DNA of 64,000 nt, taken from positions 15,989 to 79,988 of the forward strand of contig CALXYL010000007.1 in the NCBI GenBank assembly GCA_944392985.1. Direction: 5' to 3'. The notes beneath the pieces are model-generated. The model did not search any database, was not told where the DNA came from, and saw nothing but the letters and a program-made list of their open reading frames with translations. Below are positions 62,040 through 64,000 of this stretch, piece by piece; positions within the stretch are counted from its first letter, which is position 1, and the number at the start of each line of letters is the position of its first letter. The position numbers and the translations under genes are program-made. The stretch comes from an uncultured Spirochaetaceae bacterium. GTDB lineage: Bacteria; Spirochaetota; Spirochaetia; Sphaerochaetales; Sphaerochaetaceae.

Positions 62040-62713
62040 GCATAGGGAAGTACCGCATAGCGATACACACGGAGAGGATGCTGAGCCCATCCCCTCTCAT
62101 CATCATCCCATCCGCTGACGGGGAAAGCGAGGGAATCTGGCACGCCTCCTCTACGGTAAACTCCCCTTTTGCGCTTGCGGCCATAGAGGGAATCAACTGG
62201 AATGATGATCTCTCTCCCTGGCCTTTCACTCCAGGAAAAGGCTCTGCATTCGGCGGCAAGGCTGACTCCTTCCTTGAGGATCTGGAGCACTCCCTGATCC
62301 CTTCCATTCTCCCCTATCTCCCATCAACGCCGTCCTCATACGCTATCGCAGGCTATTCCCTCGCGGGGCTGTTTGCCATGTACGCGGCATTCAAGGCAAG
62401 GATATTCCGATACTGCATGAGCGTCTCAGGTTCCCTGTGGTATCCGGGATTCAGGGAATACACCGGAAAGGCCCATGAGTGCAGTGTCGAACTGGCCTAT
62501 CTCTCACTCGGGAACCATGAAGGGGACAGGGGCAGCACCCTGATACGGTCAGCCGGGAAGGGGACTGAAGAGATATGCAGGATCCTGAGGGAAATCGGGG
62601 TGGAAACCGTGTATGAGATCAACCCGGGCGGCCATTTCACAGACCCACCAGGCCGGATTGCAAAGGCAATCGCCTGCATCGCCAGAAAAGCGGCAGATCA
62701 TGGGCAAAGATAA
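62033..62713 (+). CDS. Alpha/beta-fold esterase (putative esterase family)
   Basis: Nucleophile elbow IAGYSLAGLFA. Terminal GGHF motif. It overlaps the SGNH gene by 7 nt. Confidence 0.7.
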   Translation: MLSIGKYRIAIHTERMLSPSPLIIIPSADGESEGIWHASSTVNSPFALAAIEGINWNDDLSPWPFTPGKGSAFGGKADSFLEDLEHSLIPSILPYLPSTPSSYAIAGYSLAGLFAMYAAFKARIFRYCMSVSGSLWYPGFREYTGKAHECSVELAYLSLGNHEGDRGSTLIRSAGKGTEEICRILREIGVETVYEINPGGHFTDPPGRIAKAIACIARKAADHGQR

Positions 62714-62935
62714 GAATATATACAAAATTAAATCATAATATTTGATTTTACTTTTACTATCCTCACAACTACCCTACTGCATAGGATAGTGTTTTTTATC
62801 TATGCAGTTCTAGTCATAGCAACTATTTATATTCATTTCGCACGCACAGGAGAAAAACTCCCGGCTATTTTTATTGACAAAAAGCCAGATTCTGTCAGAT
62901 TGTATTAGCAGCATTCATGCTAAAGGAGTTCTAAG

Positions 62936-63169
62936 ATGACAGAACAGGATGTATTCAAGGCAATCGCTGAAACAGTTGCAGAGAGAACTGACTGCAGTGC
63001 AGATGATGTGAAGATGGAGAGCACATTCAAGGATCTCGGTATCGATTCGCTTGATACAGTCGAGCTTCTCATGGAGCTTGAGGACAAGCTGGGAATCTCC
63101 ATCGAGCTTGACAGGAAGATCGAGACTGTCGGAGACCTTGTTTCCTTCATCATCAGCAAGGAGAACTAA
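62936..63169 (+). CDS. acpP: Acyl carrier protein
   Basis: Phosphopantetheine site LGIDSLDTVELLMELE. 77 aa. AAGGAG SD. Confidence 0.93.
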   Translation: MTEQDVFKAIAETVAERTDCSADDVKMESTFKDLGIDSLDTVELLMELEDKLGISIELDRKIETVGDLVSFIISKEN

Positions 63170-63172
63170 GAG

Positions 63173-64000
63173 ATGATCGAGACACCGATCTGCTCGCTTC
63201 TGGGTATCAGATACCCTGTGCTTCAGGGCGGCATGGCCTGGATAGCCGATGGCCGCCTTGCCGCCGCTGTCTCCAATGGAGGCGGACTTGGCATCATAGC
63301 CGCGGGAAATGCTCCTGCTGACTATGTGCGCTCGGAGATCAGGACAGCACGCTCGCTGACAGACAAGCCCTTCGGTGTGAACATCATGCTGATGAGCCCG
63401 TATGCGGATGAGGTTGCCGCGGTCGCTGCCGAGGAGAAGGTCAGCGTCGTCACCACTGGTGCTGGCAACCCATCGAAGTATATGGCCTCATGGAAGGATG
63501 CTGGGATCAAGGTGATTCCCGTCGTGGCCTCTGTCGCAATGGCAAAGCTCATGACCCGGCTCGGTGCTTCTGCTGTGATCGCTGAAGGCGGTGAAAGCGG
63601 AGGACATGTCGGAGAGCTGACAACGATGGTGCTTGTCGCCCTCGTCGCGGACGCTACCGATCTTCCCGTTATAGCAGCAGGAGGAATCGCTGATGGCCGC
63701 GGAGTGGCCGCAGCCTTCATGCTTGGCGCTTCCGGGGTGCAGATGGGAACCCGCTTCCTCAGCGCAGAGGAGTGTTCGATCAATCCTGTATACAAGGAGA
63801 AGATCATCAAGGCCGGCGATCTCTGCACGATGGTCACAGGAAAGAGGCTCGGACATCCGGTGCGCTCACTCAGGACAACCTTCGCACGCGACTACGCAAA
63901 GGCTGAGTACAGCGGAATGGATGATGAATCGCTTGAGGCGCTTGGAGTCGGCGCGCTGAGGAAAGCTGTCAAGGATGGCGATCTCCAGCATGGCTGCTTC
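63173..64000 (+). CDS. fabK: Enoyl-ACP reductase FabK (nitronate monooxygenase fold), 5' 276 codons; runs off the window
   Basis: The ATG at 63173 gives MIETPICSLLGIRYPVLQGGMAWIADGRLAAAVSNGGGLGIIAAG...AEGGESGGHVG. There is no stop in the window, so it is absent from the ORF track. Confidence 0.88.
   Translation, partial: MIETPICSLLGIRYPVLQGGMAWIADGRLAAAVSNGGGLGIIAAGNAPADYVRSEIRTARSLTDKPFGVNIMLMSPYADEVAAVAAEEKVSVVTTGAGNPSKYMASWKDAGIKVIPVVASVAMAKLMTRLGASAVIAEGGESGGHVGELTTMVLVALVADATDLPVIAAGGIADGRGVAAAFMLGASGVQMGTRFLSAEECSINPVYKEKIIKAGDLCTMVTGKRLGHPVRSLRTTFARDYAKAEYSGMDDESLEALGVGALRKAVKDGDLQHGCF

Overview
Core chromosomal window, read almost entirely on the minus strand. Gene order and lipobox-rich surface genes suggest a diderm of the Spirochaetota type; this is inference and no rRNA is present to confirm it. 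Left to right: (1) grpE-dnaK, with dnaK truncated at the window edge. (2) A 1655-aa modular lipoprotein. (3) A 2-hydroxyacid dehydrogenase. (4) A ptsI-der-HAD-coiled-coil gene string. (5) Three unrelated lipoprotein genes, each framed by the same poly-G promoter cassette and the same terminator hairpin. (6) A GerMN-like gene, then ymdB-rny. (7) A ~29-kb single-strand translation/transcription supercluster: rpmG, tRNA-Trp, secE, nusG, rplKAJL, rpoBC, rpsLG, a 2.2-kb accessory insert, tuf, S10-spc-alpha genes, rplQ. (8) cdaR, a decayed wHTH gene with a 12-bp tandem repeat, tRNA-Thr and a cupin. (9) lrgAB, glycerate kinase and a GntP permease. (10) An L-xylulose-type pentulose operon interrupted by an XRE-HTH gene plus a protein resembling a pentameric ligand-gated ion channel. 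(11) A NUP-like/SGNH/esterase trio. (12) acpP-fabK, with fabK truncated at the edge. No CRISPR array, transposase, integrase or recognisable defence system was seen. The best leads are the triple poly-G promoter cassette (candidate phase variation) and the pLGIC-like/XRE pair inside a sugar operon. All family calls are motif recognition by eye; no searches were run.
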